A stretch of DNA of 64,000 bases. It comes from Bdellovibrionales bacterium. Its GTDB lineage: Bacteria > Bdellovibrionota > Bdellovibrionia > Bdellovibrionales > UBA1609. Positions 32,321-45,243 of the stretch are shown here, piece after piece (the first letter of the stretch is position 1; every line of letters begins with the position of its first letter). A program made the translations under genes and the position numbers. The stretch is from NCBI GenBank assembly GCA_020628165.1, contig JAHDFM010000017.1:17690-81689 (forward strand), in the 5' to 3' direction. Under the pieces are notes generated by a model. That model saw only the letters and a list, made by a program, of their open reading frames with translations, searched no databases and was not told where the DNA came from.

Positions 32321-34193
32321 TTAAGCTTACCTTTTTATTATTATTCTTAGATTTTAAATAAATCATAAGTGTATGTATAGCAGATGGATTAACACCACTA
32401 ATTCTTGAGGCCTGTCCCAAAGTTTTTGGTTCTATTTCAGTGAGCTTCTCTTGCTCTTCAAGGGAAAGACCTACTAGGTTATAGTAATTCAGTTCTTGTG
32501 GAATTTTAAGTGATTCAAGTCGACGAGCCTGTTTTATTTTTTCTAACTCTAAATTGATATATCCAGAATACTTTATTTTTATTTCTACGGGATCACTAAT
32601 CTCTCTTCTGTCGCAGACTACGCCAAATCGCGTCAAGTCTAAACTTTTTACTTCAGTGCGCCTTAGTAAAGTACTTAAATTTATAGGCTTGTTTAAAACT
32701 GGCGTGCCAATTTCAAGCAATTTATCATTGGTATTTTGATTAGGTGTGATAACTGTGTCATTTAATTTTGTATAGAGTTTATCGCGCTCAGACAAGTTTT
32801 CTGCGATGATCCTTTTACCACTTTCATCGAGTAAACTAAATTTATTTGCAATATCAAAAAGTCGCTCATAGGTGTTGTCTTCACGCAAAAATAATCTGTG
32901 CTCCGCTCTCGAAGTCATCATTCTATAGGGTTCTTTGGTCCCTTTTATAACAAGGTCATCAACTAATACACCCATATATGAGTTATGTCTTTTTAAAACA
33001 AACTCTTCACCATCAAATATTTTTTGAGCGGCATTCACACCGGCAATCAAACCTTGAGCACCCGCTTCTTCATACCCACTGGTTCCATTAATTTGACCAG
33101 CTAGATAAAGGTTTTGGATAGCCTTGGTCTCCAAGGTGTGACTAATCTGAGTAGGCTCTATAAAGTCGTATTCAACTGCATATCCAGGCCTGATCATCTT
33201 AACTTGCCCAAGTCCAGGTATAGTCTTAAGTATCTGATATTGTATATTTTCTGGCAAACTCGTTGATAGTCCTTGTAAATAAATAGAGTCTGTATTTAAA
33301 CCTTCAGGCTCTAAGAAGGTGAGATGACTACTCTTATCTGCAAACCTGACCACCTTATCTTCTATGCTTGGACAGTACCTTGGACCGTGACCAGTGATTT
33401 GACCTGAGTACATTGGTGACCTATCCAGGTTATCCATGATCAATTTATGAGTAGTCAAATTGGTCTGAGTTAAGTAACAACTGATTTGTTCAAGACTGTA
33501 CTCAGCCTTTGATTGATGACTGAATGGAAAAAAGTCTTTATCACCAGATTGTTCTATAGTTTTTGACCAATCAATACTGTCTTTATATAGCCTAGGAGGA
33601 GTCCCTGTCTTAAGTCGAGTCACTTTAAAATCAAAATCTGCCAACTGATCAGAGATTCCAGTAGTGGCTTTATCACCTACACGGCCACCGGCAATTTTCT
33701 GGTCACCAATATGCATGATGGCATTCATAAATGTGCCCGTAGTTATAATCACAGATTTTGACCTAACTTCACTGCCATCTGTAAGGCGAACACCTATAAC
33801 TTTCGTATCTTCTAGTAATAAGCTCACAACCTCAGCCTCTAAGAGGTCTAAATTTTTTTGCTGTTTGAGTCTTTTAGACATGTAAGCAGAGTACATATCT
33901 TTGTCGCACTGAGAGCGAGACCCTCTCACTGCTGGTCCTTTTTTAGTATTTAATCTGCGAAACTGAATGCAAGTGGCATCAGCGGCTTTGCCCATTTCAC
34001 CACCCAAAACATCAATCTCACGAACCATATGACCTTTGGCTAGGCCACCAATGGATGGGTTACAACTCATATAACCAATTCTTGCAATATTATTAGTGAT
34101 GAGAAGTGTTCTACAATTTAAGCGAGAGGAAGCCAAACAAGCTTCAATCCCTGCATGACCACCACCGACTACAATGACATCAAAATTTTCCAT
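32310..34193 (-). CDS. mnmG: tRNA uridine 5-carboxymethylaminomethyl modification enzyme MnmG (GidA)
   Basis: 627 aa. FAD motif [15 protein letters not shown]; conserved [16 protein letters not shown]. Confidence 0.97.
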   Translation of the reverse strand: MENFDVIVVGGGHAGIEACLASSRLNCRTLLITNNIARIGYMSCNPSIGGLAKGHMVREIDVLGGEMGKAADATCIQFRRLNTKKGPAVRGSRSQCDKDMYSAYMSKRLKQQKNLDLLEAEVVSLLLEDTKVIGVRLTDGSEVRSKSVIITTGTFMNAIMHIGDQKIAGGRVGDKATTGISDQLADFDFKVTRLKTGTPPRLYKDSIDWSKTIEQSGDKDFFPFSHQSKAEYSLEQISCYLTQTNLTTHKLIMDNLDRSPMYSGQITGHGPRYCPSIEDKVVRFADKSSHLTFLEPEGLNTDSIYLQGLSTSLPENIQYQILKTIPGLGQVKMIRPGYAVEYDFIEPTQISHTLETKAIQNLYLAGQINGTSGYEEAGAQGLIAGVNAAQKIFDGEEFVLKRHNSYMGVLVDDLVIKGTKEPYRMMTSRAEHRLFLREDNTYERLFDIANKFSLLDESGKRIIAENLSERDKLYTKLNDTVITPNQNTNDKLLEIGTPVLNKPINLSTLLRRTEVKSLDLTRFGVVCDRREISDPVEIKIKYSGYINLELEKIKQARRLESLKIPQELNYYNLVGLSLEEQEKLTEIEPKTLGQASRISGVNPSAIHTLMIYLKSKNNNKKVSLSER

Positions 34194-35582
34194 TCATTTA
34201 CCTATGCAAAATTGTTGAAACACCTTATCCATCACTTGATCCGTGTACTCTTTACCTATGATGGAATATAAATTTTGTAATGCCGAGTGAAGATCGTGAG
34301 CAATGAACTCAGGACTTAATTCAGATTTAATATTTGTTAATGATTTTTCTAAACTTTCTTTGCACTTTAATAAGTGTTCTAAATGTCGTGTGTTTGAAAC
34401 CAAGCCAGATGTTTCACTAAAATTTGTTTGTGATAATGTTTCAAGCTCTTGCAAAATGCCATTTAAACCAATTTTGCTGATGTTACTCACATCCATCACT
34501 CTTTTAAAATCATATGTGCTCTCATCTAAAAATTTTTGTTCATTAATTTTTTTAGAATCTTGTAAATCAATTTTATTATTTACTAGTAAAATTTCTGCAT
34601 CACTGATTTCGTCTAAAATGGTCTCATAATCATCTATAGAAAAACCTTCTGTGGTTGAGTCATGAACCAATACAATCAAATCAGCCAAACTCATTTTTTC
34701 TTTAGTTTTTAAAATTCCAAGTTTCTCGACTGGATCATCCGTATTATGAATCCCTGCAGTATCTATAAAATTAATTTTTAAACCATTTATAAAGATTGAA
34801 TCTTCGACAACATCACGAGTTGTACCAGGAACATTAGTTACAATGGCTTTATTGTGACCTAAAAGATTATTGAGTAAGCTCGACTTACCGGCATTGGGTT
34901 TTCCGACCAAAACCACATTAAAGCCATCTTCAATCTTGCGACCATTTTCATAACTTGTAATTAATTGATCAATATCTTTTAACACTCTGTTCACTTGCTG
35001 AGTGAATTCTTTCACTGGTAAAACTTCTATATCTTGCACCGAAAAATCAATGTTCGCTTCAAAATTAGCAAGCACATGAGTGACTTCTTCTATAACGTGA
35101 TCGAGTTTTTTTGAAAGCTGGCCTTGAATATTTGCCAATGACAAACTTGATGACTTTTTAGATGTGCTATTAATGAGTGAGAGAACACTTTCTGCCTGAA
35201 CTAAATCAATCCGGCCATTGCTAAAAGCTCTGTATGTAAACTCACCCTTTAAAGCGGGTCTTGCCCCGTGATGAATTAAACTCTCTAAGATTTGTTGGCA
35301 AATGTTCATATTGCCGTGACTTGTGATTTCAATAACATCATTGCCTGTGAAAGAACGACCTTTTTTAAAATAGGTCACCATCACTTCGTCGATAGTTATG
35401 TCTTTATCTTTTAAAAACCCATAATAAACTTTATGGCTTTCTAAGACCTCTGGCAGAAAATTACTGATTTTTCTTACAATAGATACAGATTGTTCACCAC
35501 AGACACGAATTATAGCTAACCCTCCTACGCCCGGAGGGGTGGCCACTGCACAGATTGTGTCTTCTAAGTGATATAATTCCAT
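34194..35582 (-). CDS. mnmE: tRNA modification GTPase MnmE (TrmE)
   Basis: 462 aa. G1 GKPNAGKSSLLN, G3 DTAG, C-terminal CIGK. Confidence 0.95.
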   Translation of the reverse strand: MELYHLEDTICAVATPPGVGGLAIIRVCGEQSVSIVRKISNFLPEVLESHKVYYGFLKDKDITIDEVMVTYFKKGRSFTGNDVIEITSHGNMNICQQILESLIHHGARPALKGEFTYRAFSNGRIDLVQAESVLSLINSTSKKSSSLSLANIQGQLSKKLDHVIEEVTHVLANFEANIDFSVQDIEVLPVKEFTQQVNRVLKDIDQLITSYENGRKIEDGFNVVLVGKPNAGKSSLLNNLLGHNKAIVTNVPGTTRDVVEDSIFINGLKINFIDTAGIHNTDDPVEKLGILKTKEKMSLADLIVLVHDSTTEGFSIDDYETILDEISDAEILLVNNKIDLQDSKKINEQKFLDESTYDFKRVMDVSNISKIGLNGILQELETLSQTNFSETSGLVSNTRHLEHLLKCKESLEKSLTNIKSELSPEFIAHDLHSALQNLYSIIGKEYTDQVMDKVFQQFCIGK

Positions 35583-35589
35583 AAAACCT

Positions 35590-36138
35590 TTAGGCGTGAG
35601 ACTCTTTGCTGTCTTTATTATTGTTATCTTTCGTAAGAAAGATTTTTACTTTTTTAAAGTGACCATCACCGATAGAGCGACTTTTCACACGGTCATCGTC
35701 TGCTAAAAATTGATGTACTATTTTTCTTTTTGCTGGTGGAAGAGCCTTCACATAAACAGGTTTACCTTTTTGAAGAACGATACCTTTTAATTTATTAGCT
35801 AATTTAAGCAAAGACTCATCTGATCTTTCTCTGTAACTATCACAATCTAATATAAGGTCTACTTTTTCGTCAGGCATTTGATGTTGTACGACACGTCTCA
35901 AATAAAGTTGCATACCATCTAAGAGCTGACCATCTCTATTTAATAAAAGACCTTCGTCTTTCCCGTATAAATCAATTTTGATTCCACCTGACTCCTCATT
36001 CACGAGCACATCAAATGAAAGCTCTAGCTTTGCAATGCTAATAATAGTTTCTAACACATCTGCCAGTACCCCAGCAGGAGAATTATCTGTTTTTGTTTCT
36101 TCTGAACCACCGAACAACTTACCTAAAAAACCTTTCAT
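35590..36138 (-). CDS. jag: Jag/KhpB-type RNA-binding protein (KH + R3H)
   Basis: 182 aa. R3H-like KRKIVHQFLADDDRVKSRSIGDG. Conserved position after yidC. Confidence 0.78.
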   Translation of the reverse strand: MKGFLGKLFGGSEETKTDNSPAGVLADVLETIISIAKLELSFDVLVNEESGGIKIDLYGKDEGLLLNRDGQLLDGMQLYLRRVVQHQMPDEKVDLILDCDSYRERSDESLLKLANKLKGIVLQKGKPVYVKALPPAKRKIVHQFLADDDRVKSRSIGDGHFKKVKIFLTKDNNNKDSKESHA

Positions 36139-36176
36139 TTCTTTTTCCTCTTGTTTAAAATTTCAAAAAAATATGC

Positions 36177-37823
36177 TTATGCTTTGCTCAAGACAGGTGC
36201 CTTTGAGGAATTGTCTCTCATAATTATAAAATGTTGAAGGATACCAAAAAGTGTACTCACAAATATATAGAGAGTTAAACCACTTGGTAGGGCCAACATA
36301 AACAAACCAAACAATAACGGCATAAACATCATAACTTTTTTCTGCATTGGATCCATTGCACTTGGAGAAATTTTCATTTGAAAGAACATCGCGATACTCA
36401 TCAACACCGGAAGAATATAGTATGGATCTTTCAAGCTTAGATCTTGTATCCATAGTGCAAACGGAGCTTGGTACAAATCAATGCTTTGACCTAGCACCCG
36501 GTAAAAAGCAAAGAATATAGGTATTGGTATAATCATCGGCAAGCAGCCACTGACGGGGTTTGCCTTATGATCACGCATCAACTGCATCACCTTTAAATTC
36601 ATTTCTTGAGGAGTGTCTTTAAATTTTTCTCTGATTTTTTTAATCTCTGGTTGAATCGCCTGCATACGCTTCATAGATTTAGATGAATAAATGTAAAAAG
36701 GCAGTAAAAGGACTTTAATTATAATCGTCATAATAACGATAGAAAAGCCCCAATTTCCTACGTAGGTGTTGATCGACTTTAATAACTTTAACAACCACCT
36801 AGAAATAGTATCAAACCAACCATAGTCAATGATCGCTAACAACTTCTCATCTGTTCTTTTAAGGAACTGAGTGTCTTTAGGACCAACAAACCCAGTCACT
36901 AGCACTTCTTGAAATGAGTTTTCTCTGTTGAGATAGGGATAATTGATCTGACCGTTGATCACATTGTCTTTCACAAAATGGTTGAATGTAGGCAGCGTGT
37001 TTGAATTATTAACCAGTGCAGTAGAAAAATAAGTTTCTCCTAAGTTCACTAAATTGACATTCTTGAGATTTAAATTTTCCTCAGTGATAGAATCACCATA
37101 CAATCTTTCATCGGTGTTCTCATAACTTACAAACAACTCTTGTCCCATCATCATGGGATTCATAATAGAGGTTTTATCTTCTGTTTTTTCAGCTGTTAGA
37201 TAAAGCTTTATACCTTTGTAGTTAGGTGAATTTTGAATGCCATCCACACGTGTTTTAATTTTAAGATTGTAATCGGCAGGGTTCACTTCAAGGGTTTTAA
37301 CAATGTTCACACCCGCAATGTTTGCTGTCCCTTCATAGCGGTTATCACTGATTTTAGTCACATTGAAAATGATTTTCTCATCTCGCCCCATTAACTTTGT
37401 TTCAAAGGAGTTATTTTCAAAGTTCGTCTTTATTTTTTTAACTTGGTAGTCTCTGTCTTTGTAATTATTTAAGACAATGTTTTTAACAGCCATTCCATAC
37501 GTAGAGATCTCAAAATTTAAGTTGTCACTTTGGTAAGGAATAATTTGCTCTTTAGCCACAGTATCAACATTCACATTTTGTGAGTTATTCACAGTTTTAC
37601 CGGAGGTATTCACATTCTCCACGGAATTATTAACGTTATTCGTGTTGGCAACTGTTGATTGAGTTGTGGATTGCTGTTGATTAACTTGTGTGGCTTGTTC
37701 TTTTTTGTATAAATGTGGGTATTTTTTCTTCATATACCCATCCCAAACAAACCAACACAAAGCGACAAACACGATTGCAAAGATTGATTTTGTGTCTAAA
37801 AAAGATTTAGGAGGCTGATTCAT
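36177..37823 (-). CDS. yidC: Membrane protein insertase YidC
   Basis: 548 aa. N-terminal TM segment, large periplasmic domain, C-terminal 5-TM core (...KANPVSGCLPMIIPIPIFFAFYRVL...). Confidence 0.93.
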   Translation of the reverse strand: MNQPPKSFLDTKSIFAIVFVALCWFVWDGYMKKKYPHLYKKEQATQVNQQQSTTQSTVANTNNVNNSVENVNTSGKTVNNSQNVNVDTVAKEQIIPYQSDNLNFEISTYGMAVKNIVLNNYKDRDYQVKKIKTNFENNSFETKLMGRDEKIIFNVTKISDNRYEGTANIAGVNIVKTLEVNPADYNLKIKTRVDGIQNSPNYKGIKLYLTAEKTEDKTSIMNPMMMGQELFVSYENTDERLYGDSITEENLNLKNVNLVNLGETYFSTALVNNSNTLPTFNHFVKDNVINGQINYPYLNRENSFQEVLVTGFVGPKDTQFLKRTDEKLLAIIDYGWFDTISRWLLKLLKSINTYVGNWGFSIVIMTIIIKVLLLPFYIYSSKSMKRMQAIQPEIKKIREKFKDTPQEMNLKVMQLMRDHKANPVSGCLPMIIPIPIFFAFYRVLGQSIDLYQAPFALWIQDLSLKDPYYILPVLMSIAMFFQMKISPSAMDPMQKKVMMFMPLLFGLFMLALPSGLTLYIFVSTLFGILQHFIIMRDNSSKAPVLSKA

Positions 37824-38103
37824 TTTTCATTCCTTTCTGTAGATTAAAGCTGTCAGGCACTGGGTCGTATTTAGGTTGAAACAATGGGTTGCATTTGAGC
37901 AATCGAATCACTGTTAAAAAAAGGCCAATTAAAAATCCATGTTTCTTAAATGCTGTGTGGGCATAACAAGAACAGGTAGGAATGTAACGACAACGAGGCG
38001 CTGTTTGTGATGAAATGTTTTTTTGATACAATCCAATTAAAATACAAACACCGTTAACGGCGCGTGTGTTTGCATTTTTTAATAAAGAACTGAACTGCTT
38101 CAT
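37807..38103 (-). CDS. yidD: Membrane protein insertion efficiency factor YidD
   Basis: CRYIPTCSCYAHTAFKKHG motif. Located between rnpA and yidC. Confidence 0.82.
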   Translation of the reverse strand: MKQFSSLLKNANTRAVNGVCILIGLYQKNISSQTAPRCRYIPTCSCYAHTAFKKHGFLIGLFLTVIRLLKCNPLFQPKYDPVPDSFNLQKGMKNESAS

Positions 38104-38413
38104 CGAATTCCGAATACCTTATAGATTTAAAGTTTTGAATTTTGCTTCTCGGGAAAATAATATTTAAATTAACACTAAGTTCATTGAGATTTAATAAATG
38201 TTGCCTGAGAGACTCACGACAATAACGCTTTAGTTTATTTCTTAAAACCGCATTCCCAATATATTTTGGAACGGTCCAAGAACATTGCGTAAAATCACTG
38301 TTGATATAACTAAAAATAAGGCCTTGTCGAGTGTATATCTTTTGGCCTGATTGCTTTAAATTTATAAAATCTTTTTTGGACTTAATAGTTTTTAAACTAT
38401 TACTTTCCACCAA
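38054..38413 (-). CDS. rnpA: RNase P protein component
   Basis: 119 aa, basic. RNR-type motif [14 protein letters not shown]. Start is uncertain: TTG 38413 or GTG 38410. Confidence 0.85.
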   Translation of the reverse strand: MVESNSLKTIKSKKDFINLKQSGQKIYTRQGLIFSYINSDFTQCSWTVPKYIGNAVLRNKLKRYCRESLRQHLLNLNELSVNLNIIFPRSKIQNFKSIRYSEFDEAVQFFIKKCKHTRR

Positions 38414-38549
38414 CTGTAACCGTTAATCTTTTACGGCCTTTAGCGCGTCGACGTGACAAAACTTGGCGTCCATCTTTAGTAGCCATTCTTGAACGAAATC
38501 CGTGAACTGACTTTCTTCTTTTTTTACTCGGCTGATAAGTTCTTTTCAT
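38400..38549 (-). CDS. rpmH: 50S ribosomal protein L34
   Basis: Not in the ORF track (49 aa): [49 protein letters not shown], read by hand from ATG 38549 to TAA 38400. Overlaps the rnpA start. Confidence 0.88.
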   Translation of the reverse strand: MKRTYQPSKKRRKSVHGFRSRMATKDGRQVLSRRRAKGRKRLTVTVGGK

Positions 38550-38724
38550 TGTTAAATCCTTTCATAACATTTTGAGATATTAGACTCAGAGTTTCTCTTT
38601 ATCAGAAGATAGTTTTTTAGCGAAATATCACTGATAAAGCAAGTAAGAATCACTGTTTAACAGAGTCTTTGCTCATAAATTAAACAGGGCATTTTTAAAC
38701 TGATAATTTCTCTCAATTTTAGAG

Positions 38725-38855
38725 TTATTCACAACTTAGTGTTCCACGTTATATATGTATATAATTGATATTACTTATATTTTGAGATGGGAGATTAATT
38801 TTTGCTCTTTCCATATTTGAAAATATTATATGATCATGATACAAAGTTTTCCACA
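38725..38855. promoter_or_regulatory. dnaA upstream region with DnaA-box-like 9-mers
   Basis: TTATTCACA at 38725-38733 matches TTATNCACA. TTTTCCACA at 38847-38855 has one mismatch. Lies in the divergent rpmH/dnaA intergenic region. Confidence 0.4.
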
Positions 38856-38873
38856 TTTTAACCTGGGGATAGG

Positions 38874-40274
38874 ATGAATAAAGACAATCTATGGAATCAA
38901 ATCAAAAATTCTCTCAAATTAAAGAACTCAAACAACGCCCTAGTGCAAACATGGTTTGAACCAACCGAGCTCATTTCTATTGAAAACGATGATGATGGCA
39001 GCCGTTTTAAGTTATCTGTACCAACTGAGTTGCATCGTTATTGGATCAATGAACATCTATTAGATACTATTTTCCTTGAAATATCAGCTATTTATGGGAA
39101 GCCTTTTCAAATAGAGTTCATTGTTGACGAAACTAAAAGCAACGATCAAAGCTCGGATCAACCAAGCACTCCATTTAATGAAAATCCAGTCTTTGTTAAT
39201 TCTCAACCTCAACGACCTACCTTCATTCAACAACCAAAAAATAAAGACACTTTAAATTCAGAATACACCTTTAACACTTTTGTCGTTGGTCGAAACAATG
39301 AATTTGCCCATGCAGCCTCCTACAGTATTTCTCAAAATCCTGGCGGCAATAACTATAACCCACTATTTATATGTGGACCGACTGGTATGGGTAAAACTCA
39401 CCTTCTCAATGCTGTTGGCAATCAAATAAAGTTAAAGTTTCCTCATTTACGAGTGAATTATATTTCGTCGGAACGTTTTTTAAATGAGTGCATCTCTGGC
39501 ATTCAAAGACAACAAATGGACAAGTTCAGGAAAAAATTCCGACAGGATTGTGATGTCCTATTAATGGATGACATTCAATTTTTAGGTCGTGGTGAAGCAG
39601 TCCAAGAAGAATTTTTCCACACACTCAATGACTTCTTCGAAAAGAAACATCAGGTAGTGGTTGCCAGTGACCGTATGCCAAAAGATATCTCTGGCCTCGA
39701 AGAAAGAATTCGAACTCGCCTTGAGTGGGGCTTAATCGCCGACATCCAAATGCCAGATATCGAAACTCGTGTTGCTATTTTAAAGTACAAAGCTGAAAGA
39801 ATTAAACTTAACATCAATCAAGAAGTGATCACTTACATTGCCCGCATCTCTAAACGCTCCATTCGTGAACTTGAGGGCAATTTAAATAAGGTCAAAATGT
39901 TTTCTGAGCTGCAAGGTTTAAACATCACCATTGATCTCGCTAAAAAAGTATTAGCTACACATGATGACACCACAGCTATGACGGTTTCTGAAATTCAAAA
40001 AATGGTTGCTGAACATTTCAGCGTAAGAGTTAGCGACTTAAAGTCTAAATCAAGAACTAAACAATTAGTGATCGCACGACAATCTGCTATGTATTTGGTC
40101 AAAAGACATTTAGATAAATCCTTAGTTGATATCGGTAAAGCCTTTGGCGGCAAGGATCACTCAACAGTGATCAATGCCATCAAAAAAATCGAGAATCAAC
40201 TGACAAAAAATTCAGATTTAAAGAGTGATATTAAATATTTAGAGACCAAAATACACAATATCACAGGGGTGTGA
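38874..40274 (+). CDS. dnaA: Chromosomal replication initiator DnaA
   Basis: 466 aa. Walker A GPTGMGKTHLL; domain IV ...GGKDHSTVINAIKKI. Confidence 0.97.
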   Translation: MNKDNLWNQIKNSLKLKNSNNALVQTWFEPTELISIENDDDGSRFKLSVPTELHRYWINEHLLDTIFLEISAIYGKPFQIEFIVDETKSNDQSSDQPSTPFNENPVFVNSQPQRPTFIQQPKNKDTLNSEYTFNTFVVGRNNEFAHAASYSISQNPGGNNYNPLFICGPTGMGKTHLLNAVGNQIKLKFPHLRVNYISSERFLNECISGIQRQQMDKFRKKFRQDCDVLLMDDIQFLGRGEAVQEEFFHTLNDFFEKKHQVVVASDRMPKDISGLEERIRTRLEWGLIADIQMPDIETRVAILKYKAERIKLNINQEVITYIARISKRSIRELEGNLNKVKMFSELQGLNITIDLAKKVLATHDDTTAMTVSEIQKMVAEHFSVRVSDLKSKSRTKQLVIARQSAMYLVKRHLDKSLVDIGKAFGGKDHSTVINAIKKIENQLTKNSDLKSDIKYLETKIHNITGV

Positions 40275-40496
40275 ATAACCAATGTTTAAAACTATGCAAA
40301 TAACTCTGTGGATAACTTGTTCATTGTATTTATCCACAAAAAAAAGAGTAAAAAGAAGAAATTATAACAAAATTTATACACACCAATTTATTAATATTTT
40401 TAATTACTTAACTTGTTAAATGAGTTACTAACACTACTACTACTATTACTAATTTATAAATAAAAGAAATAGTAAATAAAGAGGGGTTTTTGAAAG
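40270..40496. other. oriC: Candidate oriC (DnaA-box cluster plus AT-rich unwinding region)
   Basis: Four 9-mers fit TTATNCACA: TGTGAATAA 40270-40278, TGTGGATAA 40307-40315, TTATCCACA 40330-40338, TTATACACA 40374-40382. They are followed by a very AT-rich run up to the dnaN start. Confidence 0.6.
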
Positions 40497-41624
40497 ATGA
40501 ACTTTGAAGTCGAAAAAAATGAGTTTTTAAAGATGATCACAAGGGCACAAAATATTGTTGAGAAAAGAAACACAATGCCCGTTCTTGTTAACATATTGAT
40601 TGAAGCCAAAGATAATAAACTAAAAATATTTGCAACCAATTTAGAAGTGAGTCTCACTGATTCTTGTTCAGCTAAAATAAATGTTGAAGGACGAGTAGCA
40701 ATTGCTGCTAAAAATTTATATGACCTCACAAAAGAACTTTCTGATGGAACTTTAAAGTTTGAAAAACAAAAAAACAATTGGTTAAGAATTAAACAAGGTA
40801 AATCGATGTACAATATTGTGGGTATTAATCCAGATGAATACCCAGTGTTTCCCACATTTGAAACCAATGAATTCACAAAAGTTCAGTCATCATTGTTAAA
40901 AGAGATGATAGAAAAAACCATTTACAGTGTTTCGAATGATGAAACTAGATACCACCTCAATGGAGTTTACTTTGAAAACCATCATGAAGGATCTTTGTGG
41001 AACTTTCGTATGGTGGCAACAGATGGACACCGTTTAAGTTTGATAAATCGAAAGTTTGAAAAACCAAGCACATCAAAAAATCAAATGCAAAATGGTGTGA
41101 TCATTCCTAGAAAGGGATTGTATGAAATAAAAAAACTCATTGATCAATCTGACTTTGAAGAACTAGAAATGGCAATTGAAGGTGCACAACTTTTCTTCAA
41201 AACAGATACTACCATTTTAATGATTCGCCTCATTGAAGGGAAATACCCAAATTATAAACAGCTTATTCCACAAAACTTGAAAGAAAACATTTCTATCGAT
41301 AAAGAAAGTTTACTTGCTTCTTTAAAACGAGTGTCTTTGTTATCCAACCAAAAATCTAAAGGGGTGACTCTTAATTTTTCTGGTGGAAAAATGGAAATCA
41401 CCTCGAACAATCCTGAACTGGGAGACGCTAAAGAAGAGTTAGACATCAATTACAGCGGAAAGGATTTTAAGATTGGTTTCAATGCAAGGTACATTCTTGA
41501 TGTGTTATCAAACATTGATGAAAACGAAATTCAATTTTCTTTGAAAGATCACTTATCACCTGGTTTAATGCGACCGAACAATGATCAAAACTACACCTGT
41601 GTGATCATGCCGATGAAAATTTAA
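40497..41624 (+). CDS. dnaN: DNA polymerase III beta sliding clamp
   Basis: 375 aa, in the conserved position after dnaA. Typical clamp N-terminus ...RAQNIVEKRNTMPVLVNILIEA. Confidence 0.95.
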   Translation: MNFEVEKNEFLKMITRAQNIVEKRNTMPVLVNILIEAKDNKLKIFATNLEVSLTDSCSAKINVEGRVAIAAKNLYDLTKELSDGTLKFEKQKNNWLRIKQGKSMYNIVGINPDEYPVFPTFETNEFTKVQSSLLKEMIEKTIYSVSNDETRYHLNGVYFENHHEGSLWNFRMVATDGHRLSLINRKFEKPSTSKNQMQNGVIIPRKGLYEIKKLIDQSDFEELEMAIEGAQLFFKTDTTILMIRLIEGKYPNYKQLIPQNLKENISIDKESLLASLKRVSLLSNQKSKGVTLNFSGGKMEITSNNPELGDAKEELDINYSGKDFKIGFNARYILDVLSNIDENEIQFSLKDHLSPGLMRPNNDQNYTCVIMPMKI

Positions 41625-42773
41625 ATGCGAACGATCAAGAATATTGAATTAACTCACTTTAGAAATTTAAAAAAACTAAATTTAAGTTTTAACGAGCGAG
41701 TTAATTTAATTATTGGTCAAAATGGTCAAGGTAAGACAAGCATCTTAGAAGCTATATCTTTGTTAGTGTCTGGGCAGAGCTTTCGTCAAGGAAAGTATGT
41801 TAATTACATTCATTTTGATGAGTCCTATGCAAGAATTAATTTGCATATGTTTGATGAGATTTCTAACTATGCCATTGAATATCGTTTTTTTAACAACAAA
41901 AAAGAATTTTATTTTAATCAAAAAAAACACAGTGCGAGCAAAGTCTTTCAAAAATTAAATTATGTTTTGTTTTCACCTGAAAGTTTGTCCGTGATCAAAG
42001 ATGGCCCTGAGCAAAGGCGCAACTTGATTGATTGCATTTTAGCAAGCTTTAGTGTTACTAATCACAAAATCATTAAAGACTTTAAGCAATGTTTGAAAAA
42101 TAGAAATAAAATATTGCGTGATATTAGAACAGAAAAGGTGTCTAAAGACCAAGGTATGACTGTGCTCGCCAGTTTAGATGAGATATACCTAGGTTTATCC
42201 ACAGAACTTTGTGTATTGCGCATAGAAATTTTAAATAAGCTAAAGCCATATATTGTAAATTCTTTAAGTTTCATTCTTGGTAGTGGTGAAAATGTGGATA
42301 TATCCGTGGATTATGTTATTTCCTCGAAAATCTCGAATCACCTAAGTAAACAAGAAATTTTACAAGGGTTAAAAGCTAGACGAAATGAACTGCTCAATGC
42401 TGAAATGGCGATGGGTACAAGTTTAATTGGCCCGCATAAACACGACATAAAATTCTTGTTCAACGACAATGATTCAAGGTACTTTTGCTCACAAGGGCAA
42501 CAAAGAGCTTACATTTTAGCAATAAAAATGGCCCAAATTGTTTACTATCATGACCTTATCAAAAAATATCCGATATTACTTTTGGATGATGTCATGTCTG
42601 AGTTGGATGAAACAAAGCGCCAAAATTTATTGCAGTTTTTAAAGCAAATAAAAGCACAAATATTTATCACTACAACGGACTTTGATTTGCAAAATTCTAT
42701 AGATCATTCTAATCTATCCGTTTATGAATTAAAGTCAGGAAATAATTCCGGACTTATTCAAACCCATCTTTAG
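41625..42773 (+). CDS. recF: DNA replication and repair protein RecF
   Basis: 382 aa. Walker A GQNGQGKTSILEAISLL; Walker B LLLDDVMSELD. ATG abuts the dnaN TAA. Confidence 0.92.
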   Translation: MRTIKNIELTHFRNLKKLNLSFNERVNLIIGQNGQGKTSILEAISLLVSGQSFRQGKYVNYIHFDESYARINLHMFDEISNYAIEYRFFNNKKEFYFNQKKHSASKVFQKLNYVLFSPESLSVIKDGPEQRRNLIDCILASFSVTNHKIIKDFKQCLKNRNKILRDIRTEKVSKDQGMTVLASLDEIYLGLSTELCVLRIEILNKLKPYIVNSLSFILGSGENVDISVDYVISSKISNHLSKQEILQGLKARRNELLNAEMAMGTSLIGPHKHDIKFLFNDNDSRYFCSQGQQRAYILAIKMAQIVYYHDLIKKYPILLLDDVMSELDETKRQNLLQFLKQIKAQIFITTTDFDLQNSIDHSNLSVYELKSGNNSGLIQTHL

Positions 42774-42782
42774 CAGATGTGA

Positions 42783-45227
<2,445 letters not shown>

Positions 45228-45243
45228 AAAGGTATTTTAATCT

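Noticed and set aside
36163-36453. 96-aa minus-strand ORF overlapping the yidC 3' end in another frame. Similar out-of-frame ORFs occur at 11876-12109 and 8110-8301.
   Set aside because: They are alternative-frame ORFs inside strongly supported membrane-protein genes, with no independent support.
38740-38749. TGTTCCACGT half-match to parS upstream of dnaA.
   Set aside because: Only the left half-site is present (TGTTCCACGTTATATA), so it is not a palindrome. It is unlikely to be a functional parS.
40454-40876. 140-aa minus-strand ORF spanning the dnaN start and part of the putative oriC.
   Set aside because: It is antisense to dnaN, has a low-complexity hydrophobic translation, and conflicts with a well-supported gene.
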